Positions 47,940 through 64,000 of a stretch of DNA of 64,000 nucleotides are shown in pieces. Source of the DNA: the human T2T-CHM13v2.0 reference genome, Homo sapiens; NCBI RefSeq assembly GCF_009914755.1, contig NC_060932.1; one strand, 5' to 3'. Made by a program: the position numbers and the translations under genes. How positions within the stretch are numbered: the first letter of the stretch is position 1; each line of letters opens with the position of its first letter. The notes beneath the pieces were generated by a model. It had not been told where the DNA came from. It was given only the letters and a program-made list of their open reading frames with translations, and ran no database searches.

Positions 47940-48399
47940 TGGAATTCTCAATAGAATCATAGAACCTGGACTTTACCACTCATGTGCTCCCATTTGGCAT
48001 TTCAAATAGCCCAGTGACAAGAGTTCCCAATGCAGGCAGCAACTATTTCTACTGTTGAATACTTCTAATTGTTTTTTTTTTTAATGAATGAATGAAAGGA
48101 CAGAAGAAAGAAAAGAAAAGAATTATAAATTTGAACTCAAATGTGATAATTTGCACACATTTTTCATTTTATTCACAGAATGATTATTGAAGTTCTGAAC
48201 ACATCATTTGTGTTTCCCTTCAGACCTCTCCTCTCCAGGTGAAAAGTCAGGGTACTTTCCACTGTACCTCAAGGACTGGGGAGCCTGTCAGCATCAGTGG
48301 GTTGGGTGCAGGGTCTTGGGAGACTTTTTCAAACTACACAACTCTCTCAAACAGTGGAAGCTGACATACCCTCAGAGTTAGGGCAAGGGAGCCCCAGTT

Positions 48400-48935
48400 A
48401 AAGGTTAGGTTCTCCCAGAAGCAGGTGCTGAGAAGGAGTTGGGAAAACAAAAGGTTTATTGGGAGTAAATCCTTTAAAGGGAAAGGGAAGGAGAAGAATT
48501 GGGCAAGTGGAGCCATCAGAAAGCACTGCAGACCTGACAGAGTCCGCCATCCCCATGAGGAGCCCCAGTGCAGAGACTGCCTGTTACAGGAGTCTGGCAC
48601 TAAGCTGAAATGGCTAGGCGTTTGTACCACCCTGTTCTGTCATTGGCTAGGGGTCCTCCCAGGAAGAGCAAGCTCTTGGCCTAAAAGCTGATGCAGATTC
48701 TAAAGGAGCTGACAGCTGGAGGCTGTTGGGAAACCACACTCTGTGTAGCTGGGCAGAGAGTCATTTCTTTCCTTTTTGGTAGAGATGAGATCTCACTATG
48801 TTGCCCAAGGTGGTCTCAAATTCCTAGCCTCAAGCAATCCTCCGACCTCGGCCTCCTAAATGCTGGGATTACGGGTGTGTGCTACTGCGCCTGGCCATGG
48901 GTTATTTCTTGAAGATGGCTGTGAGCAGCACGCAT
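48400..48935 (-). mobile_element. LTR16-like ERVL LTR interrupted by FLAM
   Basis: GGTTCTCCCAGAAGCAG...GGTTTATTGGGAG...GTCATTGGCT motifs. Confidence 0.55.
48771..48897 (-). mobile_element. FLAM
   Basis: Monomer, TSD GT(C/T)ATTTCTT. Confidence 0.75.
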
Positions 48936-49763
48936 GTCTTTGTCTTCCCTAAAAAGGCAGGAAGGGAAGAATCTGAGAGATAGTTTAGAGAAGTCTTGAC
49001 AAGGGTTGGTGATTGGTCAGATGTATAGAGGGAGAGGTCAAAGATAACCTTGATGGCTAGGATAGCATTAACTTCAACAAATGTGGTTTGGCTGAGTTAT
49101 AACCTCTTCACACCATGCCTACAGCTGCCTTTTACTGAAAGCAGCCTGCTTATTTATTACACAGGTTGCCATGGCTTGTGCCATCTGTGTTGAGTGACCA
49201 ACCACACTCCTTACCTGCAATCGATAGTGCTGGCCAGGGGATTGATCTGCAGGCAAAGGCAGCAAAGAGGCTGGAGGTGGCTTGATGTGAAACTGTCCCA
49301 TTTTGAATGGGGACAAACCAACTCAATACTCTTTTGGGAAGACTCAAGTGGTAAGTGAACAAGGAGAGATTGAAGCACGTGCCCAGGCTGTGTCCTAAAG
49401 AACACTGAGCTGTTGTTCTCATTCTCTCCTGCTGCACTGAGCTGTCTAGACAGCAGTGAGACCTAGAAGCCCTGTTGTTACTTGAAGAGGCAACATATCC
49501 TTTGCTGCCTGATATATCCTTGCAGCAAACTCCAGTAATCATAGGTGATCTGGGCATATTGCTTCCTTAAGGAGAGTATCCTCTGAATTTGAAAGTGATA
49601 ATGCTGATGATTATTGTGTTTTTGTATAATAAAAGTGGGTAAAAGATGAGGATTGACCCTGAACCTCTAAGAACTGTCCCTTGAGTCTCAGTTTTGGCCG
49701 ACTTGTATAAACTTTGAACATGTCCAGCTTGCCTCTGCACCTCTGTGATTATTTTTCCCATAG

Positions 49764-50226
<463 letters not shown>

Positions 50227-50752
50227 CACATCTCTCATTTTTGAATGCCAGGCTGATCTGTCTGCTTCACTTTCATGGTCTTCCAAAAAACTGTCAGGCT
50301 ACCCAAAGTAGCCTGAAGTGATTATTGTCTATATGTTTTTCTGCATCATTTTGCTCCCTTTGAACTCAGTTCCAAAAAGATGGAGTGATTCGTGAAGTGA
50401 ATTTCTACTTTTGCTTTGCCATAAAATAGTCCTACTATCTGTTCTTTCACTCATTCATTCATTTGTTCATCCAGTTTCCTCCCTGTCTCCACTCCCATTG
50501 CCACTGCATGTATCCTGCCCAACACAGTTCAAATGTAGTGAGAAGGTAGGTGTACTTTAGGACCTTTGTGATTCAGCCTGCCCTTACTGTTAATTATGAC
50601 TTAGTATTTTTAATCATGTCACTCAAGAAACCAGATGTGACACTTAAATGTAGCTTGGATAGGATAAGGATAAGACAAGATAGAATAAGGGATAATTACT
50701 TGCTTTGCAGAGGATTCTTTTTAATTTTTAATTTTTAAAAAATAAAAGTATT

Positions 50753-51068
50753 GGCCAGGTTCGATGGCTTATGCCTGTAATCTCAGCACTTTAAGAGGGA
50801 AAGGTGGGTGGATCGCTTGAGCCCAGGAGTTCAAGACCAGCCTGGGCAACGTGATAAAACAACATCTCTATGAAAAATACAAAAAATTATCCAGGCGTGG
50901 TGGTGCATGCCTGTAGTCCCAGCTACCGGGGGGCACTGAGGTGGGAAGATCACCTGAGCCTGGGAGGTCGAGGCTGCAGTGACCTATGATTGCACCACTG
51001 CACTCCAACCTGGGTAATGGAGTGAGACCCTGTCTCAAAAAACATAAATAAATAAAATAAAATAAAAA
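50753..51068 (+). mobile_element. AluJ
   Basis: Diverged Alu dimer. Confidence 0.85.
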
Positions 51069-51529
51069 TTAAAACTATTCACCACAGGGTCATCTCAGAA
51101 TGTCTCCATGATGCATTTAAACTCTGTGATTTACAATACTTAAATTTATACTTCATTTTCTCAAAAGCTAGCTATCAAGTTAAGTAGACATATGTCCTGA
51201 AATAATTGTTATTTATAATTATAGGTTACACATCGTGATAGCTTTACTTTTTTTGCATAAACATGGCTGAAAATACATGAAAAAAATGAAGAAACACTGA
51301 AGTACAACTTAAAAGAAGCCAAAAGACTCTCAAAATAAGGAATGATCATCAAAAACAATCTGTCACTTTACTTTGCACAAATAACAACAGAACTCAATTT
51401 TACACTAAGGATAAATAAGATGTAGTGAACATGACTTTTGAGTATGATACTTATGTAAAGTAACGGTGGAGCAGACATTATACATCCCCATTTGGGGGAA
51501 GGAGGGAACTGGCCATGTCTTTCTTCCTT

Positions 51530-52127
<598 letters not shown>

Positions 52128-52248
52128 AATTTTTAAATGTTTTAAGTAGCTATTATTTTCACATAATTCAAAATTCAAAAGCTATAATACAATATGCAGT
52201 TAAAAGTCTCCCTTTCAGAAATAGACCCACATAAAAACAGTCACCTGA

Positions 52249-52549
<301 letters not shown>

Positions 52550-53057
52550 AAGTCAACTGATTTTTAACAAAGGAGCAAAGACAATACAGTGGAGAAAAGA
52601 GAGTCTTTTCAATAAGAGTGTTGGAACAACTGGGCATCCATGTGCAAAAAAAAAAAAAAAAAGAATCTAGACACAGACTTTATACCTTTTACAAAAATTA
52701 GTTCAAAGTGAATCACACACCTAAATGTAAACTAAAATAGTATAAAACTCCTAGAAGATAAGAAAGGAGGAAATCGAAATTTCCTCTAAATCTAAAATCC
52801 ATTTGGGGGAAGGAGGGAACTGGCCATGTCTTTCTTCCTTGGGTTTGGCAATGACCTTTCAGATATGACATCAAAGGCATGATCCATGAAGAAAAAATTG
52901 ATAAGCTGGATGTTATTAAAAATCTCTGCCCTGTGAAAAGCACTGTTAAGAGAATAAAAAGCCACAGACTTGGAAAAAAGTTGCAAAAGACATTATCTGA
53001 TAAGGAACTTTTATCCAAAATGTACTCTTAAAGCTCAACAATAAAAAAACAAACAAC

Positions 53058-53380
<323 letters not shown>

Positions 53381-53797
53381 CTATAAAATGGACTAAAGAC
53401 CTTAACAGAAACTTCACCAAAGAAGGTATACAGATGGCAAATAAGCATTATGAAAGGATACTCCACATCATGTGTCATCAGGGAAATGCCAATTAAAATA
53501 ACAATGAGATCTCACTATATACCTATTAGAATGGCCAAAGTCCAGAACCCTGACAAAACTAAAGGACCAAGATGTCCTTTGATAGGTGAAATTGATTGAT
53601 AGATAAACTGTGGTCCATTGAGACAATGGAATATTATACAGTATTAAAGAGAAATGAGCTGTCAGCCATGAAGAGAAGTGGAAGAAACTTAAACGTGTAT
53701 TTCTCTTTAGGGAAGACTTTTTTTTTATTGTCTCCTGTATCCTTGCACCTGGGAATGGTGCCTAGTGCTAGGTAGGTGCTTAATAAATATTTGTCAA

Positions 53798-54082
53798 GTA
53801 GGGCATGCTGGCTCATGCCTGTAATCCAAGCACTTTGGGAGGACAAGGTGGGAGAATTGCTGAAGCCCAGGAGTTCTATACCAGCCTGGGCAACAGAGGG
53901 AGACATCTGTGTATGGGTTGTTGTGTAAACATAAACGTTCAACTCTTTTGGTAAATACTAAGGAGTGTGATTGCCGGATTGTATAAGAGTATGTTTAGTT
54001 TTTAGCTGGATGTGGTGGCATGTGCCTGTAGTCCTAGCTACTTGGGAGGCTGGGCTGGGAGGATTATTTGAGCCCAAGAGGT
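53798..54082 (+). mobile_element. AluJ whose linker is replaced by an inverted L1 segment (53903-54003)
   Basis: Left arm to ~53903; right arm resumes TTAGCTGGATGTGGTGG at 54002. Confidence 0.75.
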
Positions 54083-54365
54083 TTCCTGAACAAAGTAGAA
54101 ACCATATGACTCTCTTGAGAAAGCTTTTGGGCCAGAGGGAACAGGAAATGTAAAGGCATATTCTAGGAAGACTTGTTTCTTTGACTGATCTACTGTCAGG
54201 GTAACTTCTGTTCCTTTTCCAAAGAAAGACTCAAGGGAGAAATCACCTTCTCAGTGTTGTATTTAATAAGAGGTTAAACGTGAGTTGGTCATGGTGCCAT
54301 CTTTTTTCATACCTAGCAACAATCTGTATTAATTGGACCATTTACTTTTAAGAAAGGATTATTTT

Positions 54366-54675
<310 letters not shown>

Positions 54676-54847
54676 TTAGGTATAAATATATTTTGCTTAA
54701 CTAAGAACTTTTTTGAAAAAATAATGTACATGTTGATTGGATTTTTGTAAGCCAAATATTTTGAAAACATTGTATCATTTTTTAGCATCTCTGGACCCAG
54801 CTAGTATTGTGAGTACTTCTACTCTCTTTTCAGTGACAACCTTAGAG

Positions 54848-55077
54848 CAGTAGCTCTTAAGTGGGGGCAATATTGTACCCCAGGGGACATTTGGCAAATT
54901 TGGTGACATTTTTGGTTGTGACAACTTTGTTGGAGGAAGGGGTTGCTTCTGGCAGCTAGTGGGTAGAGACCAGGGATACTGCTAAACATCCTCCTACAAT
55001 GAACAGGGCCACCCACCCTCCCCCACAAAATATTATGTGACCTCAAAGAAAAATAGTGCTGAGGTGGAGAAATATTG
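54848..55077 (+). mobile_element. MER20 (hAT-Charlie MITE)
   Basis: CCCCAGGGGACATTTGGCAA...GTGGGTAGAGACCAGGGATACTGCTAAACATCCT...AATAGTGCTGAGG. Confidence 0.85.
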
Positions 55078-55135
55078 CTCTAGGATCTAAAACTTACAGA
55101 ACAGAGGAGAGGACTGTGGCACATGCATCCTATCA

Positions 55136-55451
<316 letters not shown>

Positions 55452-55489
55452 AGAGGGTGTGAGGCCATGCCCTCTGTTGCTTTTAGTCT

Positions 55490-56370
55490 AATTCACTCAA
55501 TCATTTATTCATTCATTTGTTCAATAAATATTTACTGAGTGCGGAGTATTTAAAAAATATTACTGAGTACAAATTACTTCAGAACTTAGCAATTTAAAAC
55601 CACAAAAACCAGGAGCTTTTTCACAGTTTCTGTGGGTCAGGAATTCGGAAGAGATTTGGCTGGGTGTTTTCATTCAGGGTCTCCCATGAAGTTGCAGTCC
55701 AAATGCCGGCCAAGATGCAGTCATCTGAAGGCTGGGCTGGGGATGGAGCCTGCTTCCTGGGCGCTCACCCACAGGGCTGGAGAATGGATGCAGGCTGCTG
55801 GCCAAAGGCCTCCGTTCTTTGCCACGTGGAGCTTTCCAAGCCTGCTTGAATGTCCTTACCACATGGCTCCTCTCACAGCAGATGATCCTACAGAGAGCAG
55901 GGCTGAAGCCACATATTTTATTACCTAATCTTGACTGTTACACACTGTCATGTCTGCAACATTTTACTGGTTTTACAGAACAGCTCTATTCCATGTGGGA
56001 GGGGACTGCACAAGGGTATGAATACCAGAAAGTGACAATCACTGGACAGTATATTTCAAGCTGGCTACCACAGTGCCTAGACATTGCAGGACTATGGTCC
56101 AGGCTCTGGTCCAGGGCCATGGACCAGGCAGGCTTCATTCCTGGTGAGGAGAGATAAGCAGTTGATAAACTAATGAATGAACGGGGTAAGTGCTGGAAAG
56201 GAAATAAATAAAGCAGAATGGTGCAATAGAGAGCAATGGGCTAAGGAGGCAGGAGTGCAGATGTAGATGGGGTGGTCAGGGAAGGCCTCACTGAGACCTG
56301 AATGACAAGGAACTGGCCCTGGAAATACCCAGTGATAGAGTGTTCCAAGGAGAGGGACCAACACCTACAA
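55490..56370 (-). mobile_element. L2 3' relic (split by MLT1)
   Basis: TTCATTCATTTGTTCAATAAATATTTACTGAG; GGTGGTCAGGGAAGGCCTCACTGAG. Confidence 0.6.
55570..56072 (-). mobile_element. MLT1F-like MaLR LTR inside an L2 relic
   Basis: CACAGTTTCTGTGGGTCAGGAATT...GCAGTCATCTGAAGGCT...GGCTACCACA. Confidence 0.65.
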
Positions 56371-56395
56371 AATATTATGAATAGTCATTGGTGGA

Positions 56396-56688
56396 GGCCA
56401 GGTACAGTGGCTCACACCTGTAATCCCAGCACTTTGGAAGGCTGAGTTGGGAGGACTACTTGAACTTAAGAAGTTGAGACCAGCCTGGGCAACATAGTGA
56501 GACCTCACCTCTACAAAAAACTAAAAAATTAGCTGGCCATGGTGGCATATGCTTGTAGTCCCAGCGTTGGGAGGCTGAGGTGGGAGGATCACTTGAGTCT
56601 GGGAGGTTGAGGCTGGAGTGAGCTGTGATTGTATCACTGCACTCCAGCCTGAGTGGCGGAGCAAGACTTTTTCTCAAAAAGAAAAAAG
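56396..56688 (+). mobile_element. AluJ
   Basis: Diverged Alu dimer. Confidence 0.85.
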
Positions 56689-56819
56689 TAACTAGTAGAA
56701 TCTTGATATGTACATGAGGGCTGAGAATGTAGGCTGACCAAAAGAAGGTGTTTTGTTTCATACCTATAAGTTATGTCTTACCCACTGAAGGCAGAAAGTA
56801 GTACGAAGTAGTGATATGA

Positions 56820-57360
56820 ATATAAAATGGTAGAAACACTTTAAAAAAGTGTCCAGTAGTTTCCACTACAAGCTGAAGGCATGCCTCTTTTATGGTTGAG
56901 GAATTCCTCTTATCCCAAGAGAAATGAATGCATAAGTTCACCTAAAGACATTTGGATACATGTTCAAAGCAGCTTTACTCATCATAGTCCCAAATTGAAA
57001 ACAACCCAAATGTCAACAACTGAGAATAAATTGTGATGCATTTTCCCATAATGGAATATTACACAGTAATTTTTACAACCCATACTACTGCTCTACGCAG
57101 CAACTTTCATGAATCTCACAGACATAATATTGAGTGCAACAGCCAGGCACGAGTGAGCACCTACTGTGTAATTCTATTTAAACAACGTTCAAGGGTAGGC
57201 AAATCTAACTGATGGTGACAAATGTCAGAACAGTAGTTTCCTGGTGTGGGGGTAGAGTGTTTTGACTTGGGAGGGCTAGAAGGAGACTTTCTGGGGAATT
57301 AAAATTGTTCGGTATCTTGATCTGGGTTGATTATGGCTGTATCCCATATGTAAAAATTCC
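56820..57360 (+). mobile_element. L1ME/MD-type 3' end relic
   Basis: CCCAAGAGAAATGAA...AACAACCCAAATGTC...TGAATCTCACAGACATAAT...TATCTTGATCTGGG. Confidence 0.65.
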
Positions 57361-57529
57361 TAAACCCAAGTGGCAAGGCACATATGTAATTCTTATTGAA
57401 ATCAGAAACAACCAGGTCAAGGTTGATACAGGAGGATGTCAAGGACTCAAGTGAAACAAACACAAAGTACCTGGGTAGAGTCCCAGGTTTGCCCTAAGGG
57501 TCCAAATTTTCTTTTCTTTCTTTTTAAAA

Positions 57530-57597
57530 TTTTTTTTTTAATTATACTTTAAGTTCTAGGGTACATGTGCACAACGTGCAGGTTTGTTACATATGTA
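57530..57597 (-). mobile_element. Extremely 5'-truncated L1PA 3' end (~70 bp)
   Basis: TTATACTTTAAGTTCTAGGGTACATGTGCACAACGTGCAGGTTTGTTACATATGTA is the L1PA terminus. Confidence 0.85.
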
Positions 57598-57684
57598 CAA
57601 AATTTCATATAATGCTCAAGTCGGCCAAGCAAGGACACTAATCACTAATGACCCAGACGCTACATCTGGCCTTGGAAACTCTTT

Positions 57685-58338
<654 letters not shown>

Positions 58339-59039
58339 TGGAACCCATTTCTTTCAGAGGTCAATCCCCATGTTGACAAAGCACCCCAGCCCCTAGAAAC
58401 TCAACCCCCAGGAAGTTCAGCAAGGCCCAGTGAATCCTGCTGACTTCTCTAATTCCTAGCTCCTTCCTTCTTTCCCTTTTATTTTGTGCCTTTTTATTCC
58501 CTTCCTCTGCCCTAGAGAAAAGTATTCTCTTCATATATTTAAAAATATGTCTCTATGCACTCAGAAAAGAAGAAAATGCTTTAAGTAGATGGCTAGAGCA
58601 GCTTGTAAGATTGTAGATTAAGTTGTTCCGCAAAAAGCTTTTTCAGCCTTAGTAATGGGGGGTGAGAAAGGAGTGAGTATGGAGAAGAGGGAGAACAGGC
58701 TAACGAGTCAGTCACCCAGGTAACCACATTCTAGTGGAAGAAAATCATCATGGCTCCTGGGTAGCAGGAGGAAGAGGAGAGGCAAATGAGTTCTCCTTCT
58801 GCCCAGCTCCCTAGCAGGCTTAGGAAAGCTTGGAATAGTCATATTTCTTGGCACCTAATTTGTGTTCAATGCAGTGCCACTTTGTATAGGAATAAAAAGC
58901 TAGGGAAAAACTGGTTTGGGCAGTACCCGAAACTACATATATACTCTTAGTGGTGTGGTATCCCCACCCTCAGCAATATGGACGTGTAAGGGTATGAGCT
59001 CTGTTTTTTGCTGTTGTGACCTGACTTTAAGAATAGCTA

Positions 59040-59348
<309 letters not shown>

Positions 59349-59836
59349 CTACTTTTTTTTTTTTTGCAGGCTTAAGAGGCAGGCGCTATGTTAAACATTC
59401 TACATTTATTTTCTCATTAATTCTTGGACACCTCTACAAGGTCTGTATTATTACAGACCTCCAAGGAAGAGTGGTGGGGAGTGGGGAGGGTTCACTCTTC
59501 AGAGAGATAAGGTCATGTCACAGCAGAGCCAGGAAAAAAACCCGGAACCAACTCCCCACACCTGAGTTCTTCAGCACCTACTGCCTGTCTCTGGCCACTA
59601 GGATAGAGGATTCCTTTCATGTTCTAAGGAGGTACTGAGAATATTCCGGATTTTCTCCCTTTCCATATAATATAACTCACTGAAGGAATGAGCACTTTAA
59701 TAAGCTTTACGGGTGGAAAGCGTCAGATTGTCCCTCCATCGCCCCACCACCACCAAATGACCAAGCCCTTTTTGAACTCTGCTATTTTATCTACTTCAAT
59801 CTAAAAGCATCAAACTTCTCTTTGCCTCTGACTTTT

Positions 59837-59866
59837 ACACACACACACACACGCACACACACGCAC
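59837..59866. repeat. (CA)n microsatellite, interrupted
   Basis: ACACACACACACACACGCACACACACGCAC. Confidence 0.9.
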
Positions 59867-61128
59867 ATATGTACACAATGACTCCTTAGTTTCACGTGGA
59901 TTCTTGTAATTCCATTGCACTTGGTCCATGTTTCTGATACTGCACTCATCACGTTGCATTTCATTGTCTGAGCCCTCACGTGACAGGCAATGTTCAGGTA
60001 CTAGGGATTCAGCTATGATCAATACATGAAGATCCCTCCCTCATGGAACTTGGATTCTAGTTAGAAGACTGGTGAGAAAATATAGGGCCTTTCAGAGGGT
60101 GAGGGGCGATAGGGAGAAAAACAGTGCAGGGGGAGGGTAGGAAGCACGGGGGAAGGGAGGCCATCTGATGGGCCTTTTTATTGCTTGTTGACTCATGCGC
60201 CTTCCCAAGGACACACACCAAGTCGGTCTTGGTTTCTTGAATTAATCATCTTTCTAACTGCCAGGCCCTGTGAGGCTCAAGAAAGATTTGTTGATTGAAC
60301 ACAGGAGAACGATTTCATTGAGCTCATTTGGTCTACAAATAGTTTGCTTTCCACAGCTTTTGACAAAAGAAGTGTTCGTTGTTACGACTCACTAATGGCC
60401 CTTCTAAGAAGGAAGTGACTGTTTATTTTTGGGGTGGGTTCTCTGCTTTCCATGGTTTTATCAGGGCCCAGTGTACCCTGGCAATTTTGAGCAGAGCTTC
60501 AGCACAAGCCCACAGAGAAGAAAAAATAGACAGTCTTGGTCAGCAAGGAGGAAACTTATTCCTTTTATGGAAGAGATTAGACATGGGAAATTAGAAGGCA
60601 AAAAATAATGCCAGGGGCAGAAAAGGAGACATGAAAAGGCAGTGAGAAGAAGCAAGGAAGATATAGCGAGGGAAAAAATATAAAGGAAATGAATTGGTAG
60701 AAAAAGCCAAAGCAAGGATAGGAGGAACCCACAAATCCCCAACTCTGAGGACGCTGGAGAACTGGAAGGAGGACCACAGGGCAGGGAGAAGGAGAAGCTT
60801 TCAAGAGTGAACCCAGGCCAAGGAATCTCAATTTATTTCTATTTTCAATGACTATAAGTATCCCTGAAAGTCTGGGGAGATCTTAGGTCTCCTCCCACTG
60901 GTATCACTCTCCCATTTAATCTTCACAGTCCTCAACATCAGAAGGATGCACTTCCAAGAGAAGCGCCTCAGAGACAACCCTTCTAAGTGCTGGGTGAACC
61001 TAGACTGTGCTCAGTGCAGTGGGTTCCAAATAGTGCCAAAGCCAAGTCCGTTCTCGTGAAAGTTAGCAGTGGAAAACACAAAAAGGCCATGTGAAATTTT
61101 ACTCGATCCATAAGGAAAACTTTGGTTA

Positions 61129-61377
<249 letters not shown>

Positions 61378-62242
61378 TCAAAAACAAAGAGTCAAAAGCC
61401 AAAGGTGTGGTCTCGTTCTAAAGACTTCATGGCAACTTGAATTTTGGTGTCTGTCTTACAGGGGCTAAGGGTTCTTGTCTATCTATGGTGGCATCAACCA
61501 CTCCTGCTTTTTGATGCCTCATTATCCTGGGAGAAGGAGAGGCGAAGAAATGGCAAGTGATTGCCACTAAGGTGGCTGCAAGTGAATGGCAGTTGAGAGC
61601 CAGGCGGTGGAGCCTGGAGGTGAGTGTAGGTAAGCACTGATAAAGGCTCCACATTGCCCATGTCAACATGCCAAAGGCACCTGCTCATGGTAGTGCTTAC
61701 ATCCTCTCCCTAAGATGATACATCAAGCCCGAGATCCCTAAGAAGCTCTCACAGCCTCTCAGAGCCATCACCATCTGCAAGGGACAGGGACTAGCCCTTA
61801 CTGTCTACTATGAATTTATTCCAGTAAAACCAAGTATTTTCTCTTTTTTCATTCTCATATAAACTCTAGGAGTAAATGAAAGCAGAAAGTTGTCAAGCAA
61901 TTTGCTTTGGGTCTCACTGCCAATAATTGCTGGAGTCTGAACTTGAACATAGCCCTGACCTTTTGTTTGTGCTCTTCTCACTACAGTGGCTACTTGGTGG
62001 TATTCACATGAAGGCAACAGCAGAGCACTGAGTGTGAAGACCTGAGAATAGGGCAGGGAGACATTGATGATTGTTTCCTACATTTTCCTCTGAAGACCTC
62101 TTCCCCAAAGTAAAGCAAAACAAAACAAAAAGATATGTTTTGTGTTGGAATATTTTTTAAATAACAAATACAATTTAAAATCAGATATTTGTAAAGATTT
62201 TCAGCTGTATCTTCGACAAAATGGAAAATTTAAATGTTACTA

Positions 62243-62475
<233 letters not shown>

Positions 62476-63340
62476 TTATGGTGAATAACATCTTACGTCC
62501 ACCCATTTACTTCTTCCAAGTGTACTTGATCTAGAACTCAAGCTGCTGCTTCTTTGCTTTTTTTTTTTTAAAGCTTCATTGCAAAGAGCATCTAATCATT
62601 AGCCTCAAGAAATCAAATATTTGAAGCTGTGAAATAGGAAAACACTACCAGCTTCATTGCTGATCCAGGGGGAGGGGAGAGAGTAATGAGTAGAACAATC
62701 TGTGTTTTCTGGAACACTTACAGTCAACAACTAAAAATGCATCCTGACAGGAAGGGTTTTAATAAGATCAGCATAGTGTTTGTCCTGCAGACATGCTCTG
62801 AGCAAAGTGTCTCTTAGAACCAAGTATGATTAGGGAAGGGAATCTGCTCAAGTAGCAATAGGTGGGCTTTTATTTTTCAAAATCTTTGCAGATTAATAGA
62901 CAGAGGGGTCATGGTTTATATGGTACCAACACCCCAATGAGTTTTTGGTTGGCTTATTTCACAGAGAGCAGAAGACAACGAAAGATTGCAGGTACCAGTT
63001 ATCAATGTGGGAGGCCCCACAAAAGACTGGGAGAGGTGACTTTGGTTTGCTGACTCTGTAGGAAACAGGGACGCAGTAGGAAAGGCCATACAGGATAAGC
63101 AATTACAGATTACCACAACGAGATGCGCTTTTCTCTTTTCATGGTTCAAACTTGCTCACTTGTGACATCATGAAGTTGGGTGCTCTCCAGAGCTGCAGGA
63201 GATCCAAGAACGGGATAAGGAATATAAAAAGCCATTCATGGGAAAGCTGCTGTCTTCAAAAGAAAAGAATGCGTAGCATAAAACGATGCCATTTAAAACT
63301 CTAAATTCATAGAGCAAGTGCGATCCTATCTTTAGGGTTT

Positions 63341-63476
63341 TCTTTTTTTTCTTTTTTCTGAAGATGAGGTCTTGCTGTGTTGCCCAAGCTGGTCTCAAAG
63401 TCCTGGGCCCAAGTGATCCTCCTGCCTTGACCTCCTAAAGTGCTGGGATTACAAGTATGAGCCACCGTGCCCAGCC
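63341..63476 (-). mobile_element. FLAM/Alu monomer
   Basis: Reverse left arm. Confidence 0.8.
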
Positions 63477-63650
63477 CTTTATGGTTTTCTGAAAAATGAA
63501 GAGGCTATTTAAGAAGACAGGAATGGATGACTATCTTTAGTTCCTTAGTTTTAAGGATCACCATACCAGATGAGGATGTTGTCTGCCAGTGACCCTGAAG
63601 ACTTTAAAGCCAGTTTTATGCCATAACCCTAAGGGAAGCAGGAGGGGAGC

Positions 63651-64000
63651 TGTATTAGTCCATTTTCATACTGCTATGAAAAAATACCCAAGACTGGGTA
63701 ATTTATAAAGAAAAAGAGGTTTGATGGACTCACATGTCTGGGGAGGCCTCGTAATCATGGCAGAAGGCAAAGGAGAAGCAAAAGCATGTCTTCCATGGTG
63801 GCAGATAAGACAGCATGTGCAGGAGAGCAGCCCTTTATAAAACCATCGGATCTTGTGAGACTTATTCACTATCATGAGAACAGCACAGGAAAAACCTGTC
63901 CCCATGATTCAATTACCTCCCACCAGGTCCCTCCCACAACATATGGGGATTATGGGAGCTACAATTCAAGATGAGGTTTGAGTGGGGACATAGCAAAACC
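63651..64000 (-). mobile_element. THE1 MaLR LTR (runs to window end)
   Basis: TGTATTAGTCCATTTTCATACTGCT...CTACAATTCAAGATGAG. Confidence 0.88.

Overview
This is primate genomic DNA, almost certainly human (an AluYa5 insertion is present), covering the 5' part of YWHAZ (14-3-3 zeta) on the minus strand. Positions 1-22293 are part of the long intron after the first coding exon. That exon is 22294-22598, with ATG at 22587 and 98 codons ([12 protein letters not shown]...ICNDVL). A CpG island of about 3 kb (~24050-27130) holds several alternative non-coding first exons and a CCAAT/X-box/CRE/Y-box promoter module. Positions ~27.2-64 kb are upstream, repeat-dominated sequence: solo LTR12 and LTR13-type LTRs with exact TSDs, THE1/MLT1/LTR16-like LTRs, MER2, MER20, L1/L2/MIR relics, and 7SL and Y1 RNA pseudogenes. 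About 55-60 Alus are spread over the whole window. Nearly all ORFs in the track are Alu or CpG-island artefacts. I see no prokaryotic-type system and cannot claim a new biological system. The most interesting signals are (i) an LTR12 promoter pointing into YWHAZ, (ii) an isoform-specific poly-Arg uORF overlapping the YWHAZ start, (iii) the X-box/CRE/Y-box module, and (iv) two local templated-insertion scars at 51.5-54.0 kb. Repeat subfamily calls come from recalled consensus sequences and their boundaries are approximate. TSS positions cannot be read from sequence.
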